In this document: one piece after another, positions 38,095 through 47,145 of the stretch
Layout of the letters: every line of letters starts with the position of its first letter
Position numbering within the stretch: the stretch's first letter is position 1
Assembly (NCBI GenBank): GCA_008080745.1
Contig: SHMX01000001.1
Coordinates: 308,617-372,616 of the forward strand
Direction: 5' to 3'
Length of the DNA stretch: 64,000 bases
DNA from: Candidatus Thorarchaeota archaeon
GTDB taxonomy: Archaea; Asgardarchaeota; Thorarchaeia; Thorarchaeales; Thorarchaeaceae
Notes under the pieces: generated by a model
Databases searched by the model: none
Told to the model about the DNA's origin: nothing
Seen by the model: the letters and a program-made list of their open reading frames with translations, nothing else
Made by a program: the position numbers and the translations under genes

Positions 38095-38493
38095 ATGAGT
38101 GAAGCTACCGAGAGAAACACCACCTTCGGTGAAACCAGGCACTTATCGCCAAGATATAAAACGGAAACAAAAAGCCCTCCAATAGAAGAGAGAAAAGCAC
38201 TAATCGAAATGATACAAAAATCACCCCGTTCTGCGAATTTTTGGTATCATTTGGGTGTGTATCTAAAGGATCAAGGAAATTTAGAAGAAGCTGAAGATGC
38301 ATTCCTCACCACTGTGGAATTAGACGGAAACTTCAGAGAAGCTTGGTTGAATCTTGTATGGATATATGAAATACTAGGAATGAGAGAGGAAGCGGTCATG
38401 GCCATTGAAATGTTAGAGCTATCGACCGAAGAGGAGAATGATCTACTTAATATTCAATTCTTTGGTGACGATACACTTCATATGTCAAAATAA
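38095..38493 (+). CDS. Small TPR-repeat protein
   Basis: ANFWYHLGVYLKDQGNLEEAEDAFLTTVELDGNFREAWLNLVWIYEILG, two to three TPR units. Confidence 0.6.
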   Translation: MSEATERNTTFGETRHLSPRYKTETKSPPIEERKALIEMIQKSPRSANFWYHLGVYLKDQGNLEEAEDAFLTTVELDGNFREAWLNLVWIYEILGMREEAVMAIEMLELSTEEENDLLNIQFFGDDTLHMSK

Positions 38494-38517
38494 AAGAACC
38501 TAACATTAAAGGAATAA

Positions 38518-38790
38518 TGGGGCCCGATTGGGCCCGAGAATGAATGCGTATCGAGCAATCCTGATTTCTCCAAATGGGACCGGATTGGCCCGCAAAAGCG
38601 AACCATCCGCGTCCGGAAACCCGTTCCATCGTGCACGGAAAACACGTTATGCGCAAGTATTTGCAAGGGGGACCTGCATTTATTTGGGACCAAATGCTTA
38701 GAACTCGTATCTTTGGGACCGTTTGTGTTGCGAATGCGAGTTCAAGACGGGGCCCGTGCACGAGTACCGGGTACTCGAAGGCAATTCTAA
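38518..38790. ncRNA. GC-rich non-coding island, candidate structured RNA of unknown class
   Basis: About 270 nt that is sharply GC-enriched compared with the flanks. It contains repeated GGGCCCG/GGGACC motifs and several perfect hairpins (e.g. cgagtaccgggtactcg at 38760-38776). The only ORFs are short, low-complexity and overlapping on opposite strands. Confidence 0.3.
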
Positions 38791-39003
38791 TCTATACTTT
38801 TCCGCATAAGAAGCTTTCTAGTGTCTTAGGGGCAAAAGAAGACCCCATAACCCTGCGATTATCCTAAAAATCGGTTCATATGCCTGCGAATATCACAATT
38901 AAAGGGCACCATGATATGAGATATTCGCAATGTTAGATGGCTATTGATGAGAATTAAGAAAATAATAAGGGGGGACCGTTCGAAATTGAACGGTCAAACG
39001 CAA

Positions 39004-40143
39004 TTATCGTGGGAAGTTATCACGTAAGAGCCGGAGATGATGGTGAATCAGCTCACGTAGTTTGTTATCTTCTGGATTGCTCTCAAGATCCTGAGGTAGT
39101 GAGGCCAAGAAATATTCTGGGAAGAACAACCGTACACGAATATCGTTCAAGAGGAAAATCCATTTGTCAGTTTCACCTGATACTTCCTCTCTTCTTCGCT
39201 CGGATACCACCCTATATTTAATCAAGGTCTGAACGGCTGCTTTCAACTCCTTTGGAGGTATTCCAAGGGTGGCCTCTAATTCAGCCATATTCTGGGGACG
39301 CCTACGGAGTTCGCTTAATGTATCATAGCAATCAGGATCTGCAAGAATTTCTGCAATAGAAACCGTATCTTCCGGGGTCTTCTTCCACTCTCTGAGAAAT
39401 TCTAAGACTTCCATCTTGTATTCTGCGGCTAGTTCAGGGTCCAATACTTTTCCTGCGGCTTCCATTGCTAAAAGTGGAGGTGCACGAAATACCTCAAGGT
39501 CCTTTATCATGAACACGCATGTTCGACCAATCTCATCAACCCATTCCGTCTTGACTAATCCCAACTCTTCAAAGGGGGACAGAATAGAATCTACACTAAC
39601 ACTGGGAAGGCCAGTGACCATCTTCAACCATTCTTCCAAATCTTCTTTCGATATTCCACCCTTCCATAATTTCGGAAATACAGCTCTTGACAGCTCATCT
39701 GCAAAAAGACGGGCGAGCCGAGATTCATCGGTCATTCCTGCAAGACGAATGATTCTTCGATAAGTGTTCTCAAGCTCCTCTTGAACCTCACTATCTGTCA
39801 TGGTGGCAACAGAATTGGTAAGGTGCGAAACTATTGATGTGATGGCAGCTTCGTAGGATTTGGGGTCTTCTGATGTATTCAAAAGTAGGGATATACAGTA
39901 CTGTTCTTCCTCACGTACTATTCCAGTGTAGTAAGATGCAACTGCATATTCTTCCCCGCCAATTCTGACACTCAGAGACGAAAATCCAGCTGTTGCATCA
40001 CCCATAGCATGTGATGTGAAGATTCTCATAATCTCCGTGTTGAGGTCTTCTCTATAGTAATCTGCAAAATCAGCAGGAACCTTTGCCTTAAGTACGGCTC
40101 CAACTTTCGAATCCCAATCGATAAGTACTAATGCAACAGGCAT
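39004..40143 (-). CDS. Hypothetical protein with an N-terminal longin/Roadblock-like alpha-beta domain and a C-terminal winged helix
   Basis: The N-terminus MPVALVLIDWDSKVGAVL ... YAVASYYTGIV ... QYCISLLLNT has a beta-beta-alpha-beta-beta-beta-alpha pattern. The C-terminal LEATLGIPPKELKAAVQTLIKYRVV is wHTH-like. Confidence 0.45.
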   Translation of the reverse strand: MPVALVLIDWDSKVGAVLKAKVPADFADYYREDLNTEIMRIFTSHAMGDATAGFSSLSVRIGGEEYAVASYYTGIVREEEQYCISLLLNTSEDPKSYEAAITSIVSHLTNSVATMTDSEVQEELENTYRRIIRLAGMTDESRLARLFADELSRAVFPKLWKGGISKEDLEEWLKMVTGLPSVSVDSILSPFEELGLVKTEWVDEIGRTCVFMIKDLEVFRAPPLLAMEAAGKVLDPELAAEYKMEVLEFLREWKKTPEDTVSIAEILADPDCYDTLSELRRRPQNMAELEATLGIPPKELKAAVQTLIKYRVVSERRREEVSGETDKWIFLLNDIRVRLFFPEYFLASLPQDLESNPEDNKLRELIHHHLRLLRDNFPR

Positions 40144-40255
40144 TCTTGTTTTCTCCAGGTCCCTTGGTTGAACTTATGCGAAAGAACAACCTATTCTATA
40201 GCGTTGTTCGCTGAGTCACTAAAAAAGCTTGTCACTATTTTTTCCGCATATTTTC

Positions 40256-40948
40256 TCAGAGGCTTTTTCTAGCATTTTCCTTCATAAAACGAATAATTTC
40301 AGACTTGACCAATGAAACTACTTCTTTCAAGGGAAAGGTTGCATCGATGACAAAGTAATTCCCCCAGTCACTCTTTACCATCTCTAAGTAAGCCTTGCGT
40401 ACTTCTACCAATCTATCATGTTTCTCAAATTGCTGATTTGTTTCACAGCCTCTACCAGTTACTCTACAGAGACCCTCTTCTGCAGAGATATCCAAGATGA
40501 ATACGATATCGGGTTCTATAGCGGCTATTCCTTCTCGGTTTTTTTTCAAAATCTCCGACCAGTGTAAACCTGTGCTAGTACTTTGATATGCGCCAGTAGC
40601 AAAAAAGTAACGATCCATCAGGACTATTTTCCCATCCTTTAAAGCTGGAATCAGTCGGTTCCGAATGTTCCAATCACGATCCTTAATGAATAAATCAAGC
40701 TCCTCAGATGGAGTGAGCTCTCCCATGGGAGATCTTCGGCGAATCTCTTTACCCCATTTGCTCTCATCCGTTGGCTCTCTAAGAATAGCTACCTGAAAGC
40801 CCATTTCAGTTAGATTTTGAGCCACACTTCGGCAGACTGCCGTCTTTCCCGCCCCATCGATACCTTCAAGAACAAATAGATATCCAGGATAATCTTTTCC
40901 AGTCTTTTGAGCCACAAGAGTTCGCCTGCCAATGATTGTTCGATGCAT
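40256..40948 (-). CDS. tmk: Thymidylate kinase
   Basis: P-loop LEGIDGAGKT, the DRY-type motif (MDRYFFAT) and a lid region. Confidence 0.85.
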   Translation of the reverse strand: MHRTIIGRRTLVAQKTGKDYPGYLFVLEGIDGAGKTAVCRSVAQNLTEMGFQVAILREPTDESKWGKEIRRRSPMGELTPSEELDLFIKDRDWNIRNRLIPALKDGKIVLMDRYFFATGAYQSTSTGLHWSEILKKNREGIAAIEPDIVFILDISAEEGLCRVTGRGCETNQQFEKHDRLVEVRKAYLEMVKSDWGNYFVIDATFPLKEVVSLVKSEIIRFMKENARKSL

Positions 40949-41408
40949 AGATTTCCCCGTATTAGTCCTTCGGTCACACGAGTTGTCAGTATGACTGGTT
41001 AAAGTTTCATAACAAAATCACGCCCATCAAACAATATTTAAGCAACCATTGCGATTATAATAAGTGAGAGAGGACTTCAGGGGACTGAAGATTATAGATT
41101 ATTGACATGACATCTGACGTGTTTAATCGTCTGGGCACCCCTCCCATGTAACAAACTGCGATAGCGACTTGCGTCAAACCGCGTTCGTTCGTTCTAATAG
41201 CCCTTTTTACGGGCTAGGTCCCCTTGCAGAGTTCTCTGCCCAGTTGATTCACGATATCGGATGCCATTGTTAGATTTCCGATTTTAAAATTATCAATGAA
41301 TAAGATGAGACTATATCCAAAAATAGGAATTAACAAAGAAACTAATACCTAAGAAGGAATATATGCTGTCAGGTGCATAATCAAAGTAAATATCGGGACT
41401 TGTTCTGA

Positions 41409-43619
41409 ATGAAAGGGAATTCAAATTCTGATGACGTGTTATCAGAATCAGACCAAAAATTTAGAATTATACTAGAAGAAGCACCGATTGGAATTATAAC
41501 TTGTGATAAGATGGGATGGATTCAGAGCATTAACAAAGCCGCCCTTGAACTATTAGACTCGCCTTCAGAAAAACAAACAAAGAAAATAAATCTCCTTGAA
41601 TTTAAGCCATTGAAAGATGTGGGGTTTTCTGAAGATCTTCATAGTTGTTTAACAACCGGAGAAATTGTGCTAAAAGAATCAACCTATACTTCAAAATGGG
41701 GGAAAACAGGTCAATATATGTACAAATTAGTCCCATTAGTGAGAAACGGGAAAGAAATAGAGGGTGCGATATGCATCATCGAAGATATCACATCACTTCG
41801 CGAGTCCGAAACCAAAGTGGATTTGTATAGGAAGATAATGGAATACTCAAATGATGCTATTGCAATTTTAGATCCATATGGCAGATATATTGAGCAAAAC
41901 TCAACACACGAGTTGCTTTTGGGATTTTCAGATTCAGACTTGGAAGGTATGACTCCTGCGATACATCTGGGAGAGGACGTCTTTTCGACAGTCTTTCAGA
42001 AACTGGTTGAAACTGGACACTTCAGAGGAGATGTGATAAGCGAAAGAAAAGATGGAAAAATAATAGATATCGACCTTGCTGCTTTCACCATTCATGGAGA
42101 AGATAATAATCCACTATATTATGTTGGAGTGAAACGAAACATTACACCGCAAAAAGAAGCAATGCGAGCAGTAGAACAGAGTGAGGCACGTCTGGCAGAG
42201 GCACAACGTATAGCTAAGATAGGAAGTTGGGAATGGGATATTGTACAAAACAAAGAAATATGGTCTGATGAGGTCTATCGTATTTTCGGCCTCAACCCAG
42301 AAGGTTTCGCAGCTAACTATGAGGCGTTTCTAGAGGCGGTTCATCCTGATGATAGAGAAATAGTAAGAGAGTCAGTACAAGCAGCACTTTATGAACAGGA
42401 ACCATATAGTCTCGATCACCGCATTATTCGCCCTGACGGATCAGTCAGATTTGTCCGAGAAGAGGGGGCCGTATACTTCGATGATAAAAAAAATCCTGTC
42501 AGAATGGTTGGCACGATTCAAGATATTACTGAAAAGAAATTGATTGAGATGGACCTTGAAGAGAGCGAGGAGATTTATCGATTTCACTTTGAAAATGCCA
42601 CCGATGTAATACTATCACTAGATTCAGAGGGCAAGATTCTCAAAATATCTCCCTCTGTGGAATATCATATTGGATATAAGCCAGAACAGCTTGTTAACAG
42701 ATCTTTCCTTGAAATAGACATTATTGCACCAGAATATATTGATCAAGCGCTTAAGTATTATGAAGACATACTAAAAGGAGATGGCATAGTTAGAGGTGTG
42801 TTTGAGTTTGTTACCAAAAGTGGAGAACGTATCTTTGGTGAGATAAATGGAAGATCACTTCAGCATAAAGGAAAAACAGAAGCTGTTATTGTGATCCGAG
42901 ATGTTACAAAGACCGTAAGAACTGAAAAACTCCTGAAGACAGCAAGAGATAGTGCACTTCTCTATCTTGATTTGATGGGGCATGATCTGGCAAATCAATT
43001 ACAAGCTATACTCAGCACAACATCACTATTAATGAACAACATTTACGATTTGAGAATGTTTATGCAACTGGAACAAGTTATGGAATCGGTCGAGAAATGT
43101 GCCAACATAATTTCACGTATTAAATCAACAGAAGATATGATAACTGCCCCCTTAAGACCAAGGTCTCTTGTTAAAGCAGTCAAGGAATGTATAAGAGATA
43201 TCCAAACTCGCAGTTCAGATATAAACATCCATTTTTCAAGTCCATTGAAGGATGCCTCAATCTTTGCAGATCAATATTTGGAAATAATCATTCATAACAT
43301 TTTGGAAAATGCCATCGGACACAATCCAAAAGATGAGAAACATGTGTGGATTGAACTAGTGGAAACTGAATACTACTACGATCTCTCTATCGCCGATAAT
43401 GGCCCTGGATTATCATTAAGAGAGAAACAAGGATTATTCGACTTGGAACGCCGTTTTGGAGGAGTAGGAGTCCATCAAACCCGCCAGATAGTTGAGAAAT
43501 ATGGTGGCAGTGTAAAGATAGAAGATAGAATCTCAAGTAAACAAAATCAGGGACTAAAATTCATTCTTAGATTTCCAAAAAAAAGTAGGTCATCATACAT
43601 ACAAGGTCACCGAAAATAG
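41409..43619 (+). CDS. Multi-PAS sensor histidine kinase
   Basis: At least four PAS/PAC modules (e.g. WEWDIVQNKEIWSDEVYRIFG). The H-box is MGHDLANQLQAIL. The HATPase_c G-boxes are ADNGPGLS and GGVGVHQTRQIVEKYGG. Confidence 0.85.
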   Translation: MKGNSNSDDVLSESDQKFRIILEEAPIGIITCDKMGWIQSINKAALELLDSPSEKQTKKINLLEFKPLKDVGFSEDLHSCLTTGEIVLKESTYTSKWGKTGQYMYKLVPLVRNGKEIEGAICIIEDITSLRESETKVDLYRKIMEYSNDAIAILDPYGRYIEQNSTHELLLGFSDSDLEGMTPAIHLGEDVFSTVFQKLVETGHFRGDVISERKDGKIIDIDLAAFTIHGEDNNPLYYVGVKRNITPQKEAMRAVEQSEARLAEAQRIAKIGSWEWDIVQNKEIWSDEVYRIFGLNPEGFAANYEAFLEAVHPDDREIVRESVQAALYEQEPYSLDHRIIRPDGSVRFVREEGAVYFDDKKNPVRMVGTIQDITEKKLIEMDLEESEEIYRFHFENATDVILSLDSEGKILKISPSVEYHIGYKPEQLVNRSFLEIDIIAPEYIDQALKYYEDILKGDGIVRGVFEFVTKSGERIFGEINGRSLQHKGKTEAVIVIRDVTKTVRTEKLLKTARDSALLYLDLMGHDLANQLQAILSTTSLLMNNIYDLRMFMQLEQVMESVEKCANIISRIKSTEDMITAPLRPRSLVKAVKECIRDIQTRSSDINIHFSSPLKDASIFADQYLEIIIHNILENAIGHNPKDEKHVWIELVETEYYYDLSIADNGPGLSLREKQGLFDLERRFGGVGVHQTRQIVEKYGGSVKIEDRISSKQNQGLKFILRFPKKSRSSYIQGHRK

Positions 43620-43726
43620 GGAGAAGTTAATCAACGGTAATTTAATGAATTAGATTAAGTAGTAAGTGACAATAATCAGTACGAATGAAAGAGTTTCATT
43701 TAGTCAAGTTTAAGAGGCGATTGTTG

Positions 43727-43748
43727 TAGGATAGGTTATCCTATCCTA
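43727..43748. promoter_or_regulatory. 22-nt palindrome 13 nt upstream of the start of the DUF4430-like gene
   Basis: taggatagg-ttat-cctatccta has perfect 9-bp arms. A second palindrome, aatgaaagagtttcatt, lies at 43684-43700. Confidence 0.45.
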
Positions 43749-43760
43749 GAAGGTTTAACC

Positions 43761-44246
43761 GTGAAGATTTTGTCAGCTCTACTAATTGTTATAATGTTTC
43801 TAAACCCATTATCAGCTGCGGATAATGAATCAGTGCTCGAATATATTCCAGCAGCCGAGGGTGTATCTTTGAGAATTGATTTCGATAACGGGACAGTTAG
43901 GACATTCAATGACTTGTCAGCTGATACCGTACTAAATCTGACAGAGTCTGTCATATCAGTAGAATATGAATGGCAAGGAGATCTGGTATTCGTTACTGCA
44001 ATTGGGGGAGTTGAAGAGAGTCCTCAGGAGGGATTGTGGTGGCAGTACTGGGTGAATGAAGAGCTAGGACCAGTAGCTGCAAACAAATACATTCTTGATA
44101 ATCAAGATGTAGTTGAATGGAAACTCTCACCGTATAACGCTCCAACCACAACTACAGAAGACCCATCACTCTATCTCAGTCTTTTACTTCTCGGAACAAT
44201 TGGTATAGGATTTCTAATATTCATTTCAAAAAGGGGAAAATCATGA
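43761..44246 (+). CDS. Secreted, membrane-anchored DUF4430-like protein
   Basis: Signal peptide MKILSALLIVIMFLNPLSAA. The motif GLWWQYWVNEELGPVAANKYILDNQDVVEWKL matches the W.Y.VNG ... Y.L.DGD.I.W pattern of DUF4430. It has a C-terminal TM helix and a GTG start. Confidence 0.5.
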   Translation: MKILSALLIVIMFLNPLSAADNESVLEYIPAAEGVSLRIDFDNGTVRTFNDLSADTVLNLTESVISVEYEWQGDLVFVTAIGGVEESPQEGLWWQYWVNEELGPVAANKYILDNQDVVEWKLSPYNAPTTTTEDPSLYLSLLLLGTIGIGFLIFISKRGKS

Positions 44247-44977
44247 ATATCCGTTTGATTTCGATAATTATCATAACAAGCATTATTTTTTCAGGGACCG
44301 TATATGGCGCTGAAGAATATGGAATACCTCATCCAGACTTGATTAACAATCCAGAATTTGTTTGGGAGATATTAGACAGCCCGAATACACCCTTCGACCT
44401 ATTTTGGACTGGCACAACAGCATGGTACGCAGAAACAAGCAGTACAATGACGTTTAAAGTAAATCAGATTGCACAGGATGTACAGGGTCGATTCACTCTG
44501 GGAAATATCTCAGTAGTGGCAAATGATACTGATATTGCGAAAGAATTTGTGCTTGGTGTATGGGGACTGACATCATTTCTCCCAGGATTGATTATTGAGG
44601 TGGATGAAACCAGTCTATCAGAGCTAAACACAACAGCTTACGCATCTGCTGAAAGGGTTGCTGGAAATTATCTTAATGGTACTATGACATCTAGTTATGA
44701 AACGCTTGTGATTAACGGGCAGACATATGAATGTATCACTTTCTCCTATATTCAAGACGAAACTAGTTTTGGTACCCCACAAGAAACCAAACTCTCCTAT
44801 GATCTCGATACTGGTGTGATTGTCTATGCTAAGACCAGTTATTCATTTGGTATTCCATTTGTCTTAGAGTTTGAAATAAGGTCGATAACTACTGCCAATG
44901 TGATGCTAATTCTAGGCATAAGCACAGGAGCAGTGATTTTACTGATAGGAATCGTGACAATATTCAGAAGGAAATAG
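44243..44977 (+). CDS. Secreted beta-rich protein with a C-terminal TM anchor (hypothetical)
   Basis: Signal peptide MNIRLISIIIITSIIFSGTVYGA and a C-terminal helix VMLILGISTGAVILLIGIVTIF. Confidence 0.5.
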   Translation: MNIRLISIIIITSIIFSGTVYGAEEYGIPHPDLINNPEFVWEILDSPNTPFDLFWTGTTAWYAETSSTMTFKVNQIAQDVQGRFTLGNISVVANDTDIAKEFVLGVWGLTSFLPGLIIEVDETSLSELNTTAYASAERVAGNYLNGTMTSSYETLVINGQTYECITFSYIQDETSFGTPQETKLSYDLDTGVIVYAKTSYSFGIPFVLEFEIRSITTANVMLILGISTGAVILLIGIVTIFRRK

Positions 44978-44986
44978 GTGTTTTGA

Positions 44987-45598
44987 ATGGAGACCCAGGA
45001 AACAAATCAAAGAATATCTCGAAGTAGATGGGTCTCCCTAACCTCAATCATGACTGCATTGGCACTAGTAGGAAATTATGTGTTAGTGGGAATACCAAAT
45101 GTTGAGTTTGGGACCACTATCTTATTCGTCACGGGATATCTCTTCGGCTTCCATATGGCTGCCTGGAGTACCCTCATAATGTCGATAATATATGGAAGTA
45201 TAAACCCGTGGGGTGCCTTCATTCCTCCAATATGGATCACTCAGGTTGTGGGCTGGCTTTTTATTTCTGCATCTGGCTCAATACTTGGAGAAAAAGAAAG
45301 ATTCACGACCAAAAATAAAGAACGAATGATTGAGTTAGGACTAACTGGAGCATTTCTTACTTTATTCTTTGATCTCATTACCAATGCAGGGTATGCATAC
45401 GCATTCTCTATCCCATACTACATAACAATCCTATCAGGAATAGTTTTCATGGTTGTGCATGTTGTATCCAATTCGATCATATTTGCGTCAGCAGTGCCAA
45501 TATTAGAAGATACCATACGACAACACATGACCGATTTAATCTGGTTTGATTCAAAAGACCTACCGGAACATAGTAGCGAAGAGTCAAAAGCAGGGTAG
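44987..45598 (+). CDS. ECF-transporter S-component-like small membrane protein
   Basis: 203 aa with five to six TM helices, in the size and topology class of ECF substrate-capture subunits. It overlaps the upstream gene boundary by operon-style spacing. Confidence 0.4.
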   Translation: METQETNQRISRSRWVSLTSIMTALALVGNYVLVGIPNVEFGTTILFVTGYLFGFHMAAWSTLIMSIIYGSINPWGAFIPPIWITQVVGWLFISASGSILGEKERFTTKNKERMIELGLTGAFLTLFFDLITNAGYAYAFSIPYYITILSGIVFMVVHVVSNSIIFASAVPILEDTIRQHMTDLIWFDSKDLPEHSSEESKAG

Positions 45599-45625
45599 GT
45601 CTAAGGATAATGGAGAGTATACATC

Positions 45626-46261
45626 TTGTGGATTCATGAAGTTACTGAGGTTGCAGAACCCGCTGATGGAAGAGTAGCGCCATCCTTTAGGCCATATCAT
45701 GTTGCAGTTGCATTGATTATGATTGGACGACAGCAGCCAATTGGAAGATATGAACTATGCAGTAACCTGTCTATTGGAGAGGGTAGTGCTCGTACCCTTC
45801 TCAAAAGACTCTCAGAGAATGATTTCATCACTCCAGAGGGAAAACAGGGACAAAAATTAACCAGAAAAGGACAAAATCTCTTTGAAGATATTGTTGAGGA
45901 TGTTCCTTTTGGATTGTTCCTAGAAATCCCCAATCTAGTTGTTTATGAAAAGGCCTATGCTAACATCGTTAAAGGAAAGGCAGATAGGGTCAAGGATGGT
46001 ATTAGACAGAGAGACGAGGCCATCATTCAGGGAGGATATGGGAAAGCTGGAGCAACGACCCTGATTTTCACTGATGGAATGCTCGAAATGCCACCGGACC
46101 ATTTCAAGGTGGTACTTGAATATGAAGCAGAAGCACTACTTATTCGAGAGAGTCTTAGACCAGAAAATGGAGATGTAATAGTTGTCGGGTCGAGTGATGA
46201 AGCAAATCTCGCCAGAGAAATCTCTATGGCGGCTGTAATGACGCTCTTCAGAGAGGATTAG
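45626..46261 (+). CDS. Winged-helix domain protein (putative transcriptional regulator)
   Basis: N-terminal wHTH (ALIMIGRQQPIGRYELCSNLSIGEGSARTLLKRLSENDFI) plus a C-terminal alpha/beta domain. Confidence 0.45.
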   Translation: MWIHEVTEVAEPADGRVAPSFRPYHVAVALIMIGRQQPIGRYELCSNLSIGEGSARTLLKRLSENDFITPEGKQGQKLTRKGQNLFEDIVEDVPFGLFLEIPNLVVYEKAYANIVKGKADRVKDGIRQRDEAIIQGGYGKAGATTLIFTDGMLEMPPDHFKVVLEYEAEALLIRESLRPENGDVIVVGSSDEANLAREISMAAVMTLFRED

Positions 46262-46264
46262 CAA

Positions 46265-47068
46265 ATGCAAATGGATCTGTTTGGAAACGTACCCCAGATT
46301 GTTATTGATGTCCACGAGACCAGTGGAAAACGGATGAATTCAGTCAAGTTGCTTATGGAGATGCTCAAGAAGGAGGAGATTCCGTTTACGGTGGAGAAAA
46401 TACCAATAGGTGATGTTCTTGGTATGGAAGGAATTGCTATTGAGAGAAAAACCGTCAACGATCTCGTTAATACTCTCAAAGGAAGCAAGTCGGGAGTACC
46501 ACGACTCACGAAACAGATGGATGCACTCTTAGAATACGAAAACCCCTACCTTCTGATCGAGAATATCTTAGCAATTCGGCGGAACCCCCTGAAAGGTTGT
46601 GTGTATATTCCATTCAAATCAAACAAGACAAAGAGCAAACCCTTCTATGTAACGATGGAACGAGCAAGCTACATTCATCCTTCCGCGCTTGATGCCCTTA
46701 TTGAAAGCATCAAAGAGAGAGGAATAGAAATTATTGAGGGGTATAATGCTCTTCACTCAGCAGGTCTACTCTATGGAATCCTAGTAGGCGATGGTGAGAA
46801 GAGAGAAACCAAGGGTAAACGACTCCCCACCATAAGAACACGAAAAGGATTGGACTCGATGGCTGATGAGCAGGAATTCTTCATTGCAGGACTTCCTAGC
46901 GTAAATGTAGTTCGAGCAAGGGCTATTCTAGAGAAATTTGGTACCCCTTTTGACGCCATAACACAGCTGGATGAATGGACTCAAATCTCCGGTATCGGAC
47001 CAAAAACCGTTGCAGGGGCAAAAAAGGTGTTGTATACAAATTATCAAGCACCCGAAGAGAAAGATTAG
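46265..47068 (+). CDS. Short XPF/Mus81-type ERCC4 endonuclease with a C-terminal HhH2
   Basis: ERCC4 nuclease motif IVIDVHE ... GDVLGMEGIAIERKTVNDL. Tandem helix-hairpin-helix FIAGLPSVNVVRARAILEKFG ... ISGIGPKTVAGAKKVL. Confidence 0.75.
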   Translation: MQMDLFGNVPQIVIDVHETSGKRMNSVKLLMEMLKKEEIPFTVEKIPIGDVLGMEGIAIERKTVNDLVNTLKGSKSGVPRLTKQMDALLEYENPYLLIENILAIRRNPLKGCVYIPFKSNKTKSKPFYVTMERASYIHPSALDALIESIKERGIEIIEGYNALHSAGLLYGILVGDGEKRETKGKRLPTIRTRKGLDSMADEQEFFIAGLPSVNVVRARAILEKFGTPFDAITQLDEWTQISGIGPKTVAGAKKVLYTNYQAPEEKD

Positions 47069-47145
47069 TATCACGTCCACCTCGATAATCTTAAAAGGAC
47101 TGACTATTCTATGGCCAGAGAATACCTTACTAAGGTGAATAGATT

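Noticed and set aside
38518-38790. Assigning the GC-rich island to SRP RNA or RNase P RNA
   Set aside because: I could not locate the RNase P CR-I motif (GGAAAGUCCGG) or the SRP helix-8 GGAA ... AGCA motif on either strand. It is left unassigned.
38447-38867. 104-aa minus and 97-aa plus ORFs in the GC-rich island
   Set aside because: They overlap each other on opposite strands, are Pro/Gly/Arg-rich as expected from GC-rich non-coding sequence, and lack starts with RBS context. The region is better explained as a structured RNA.
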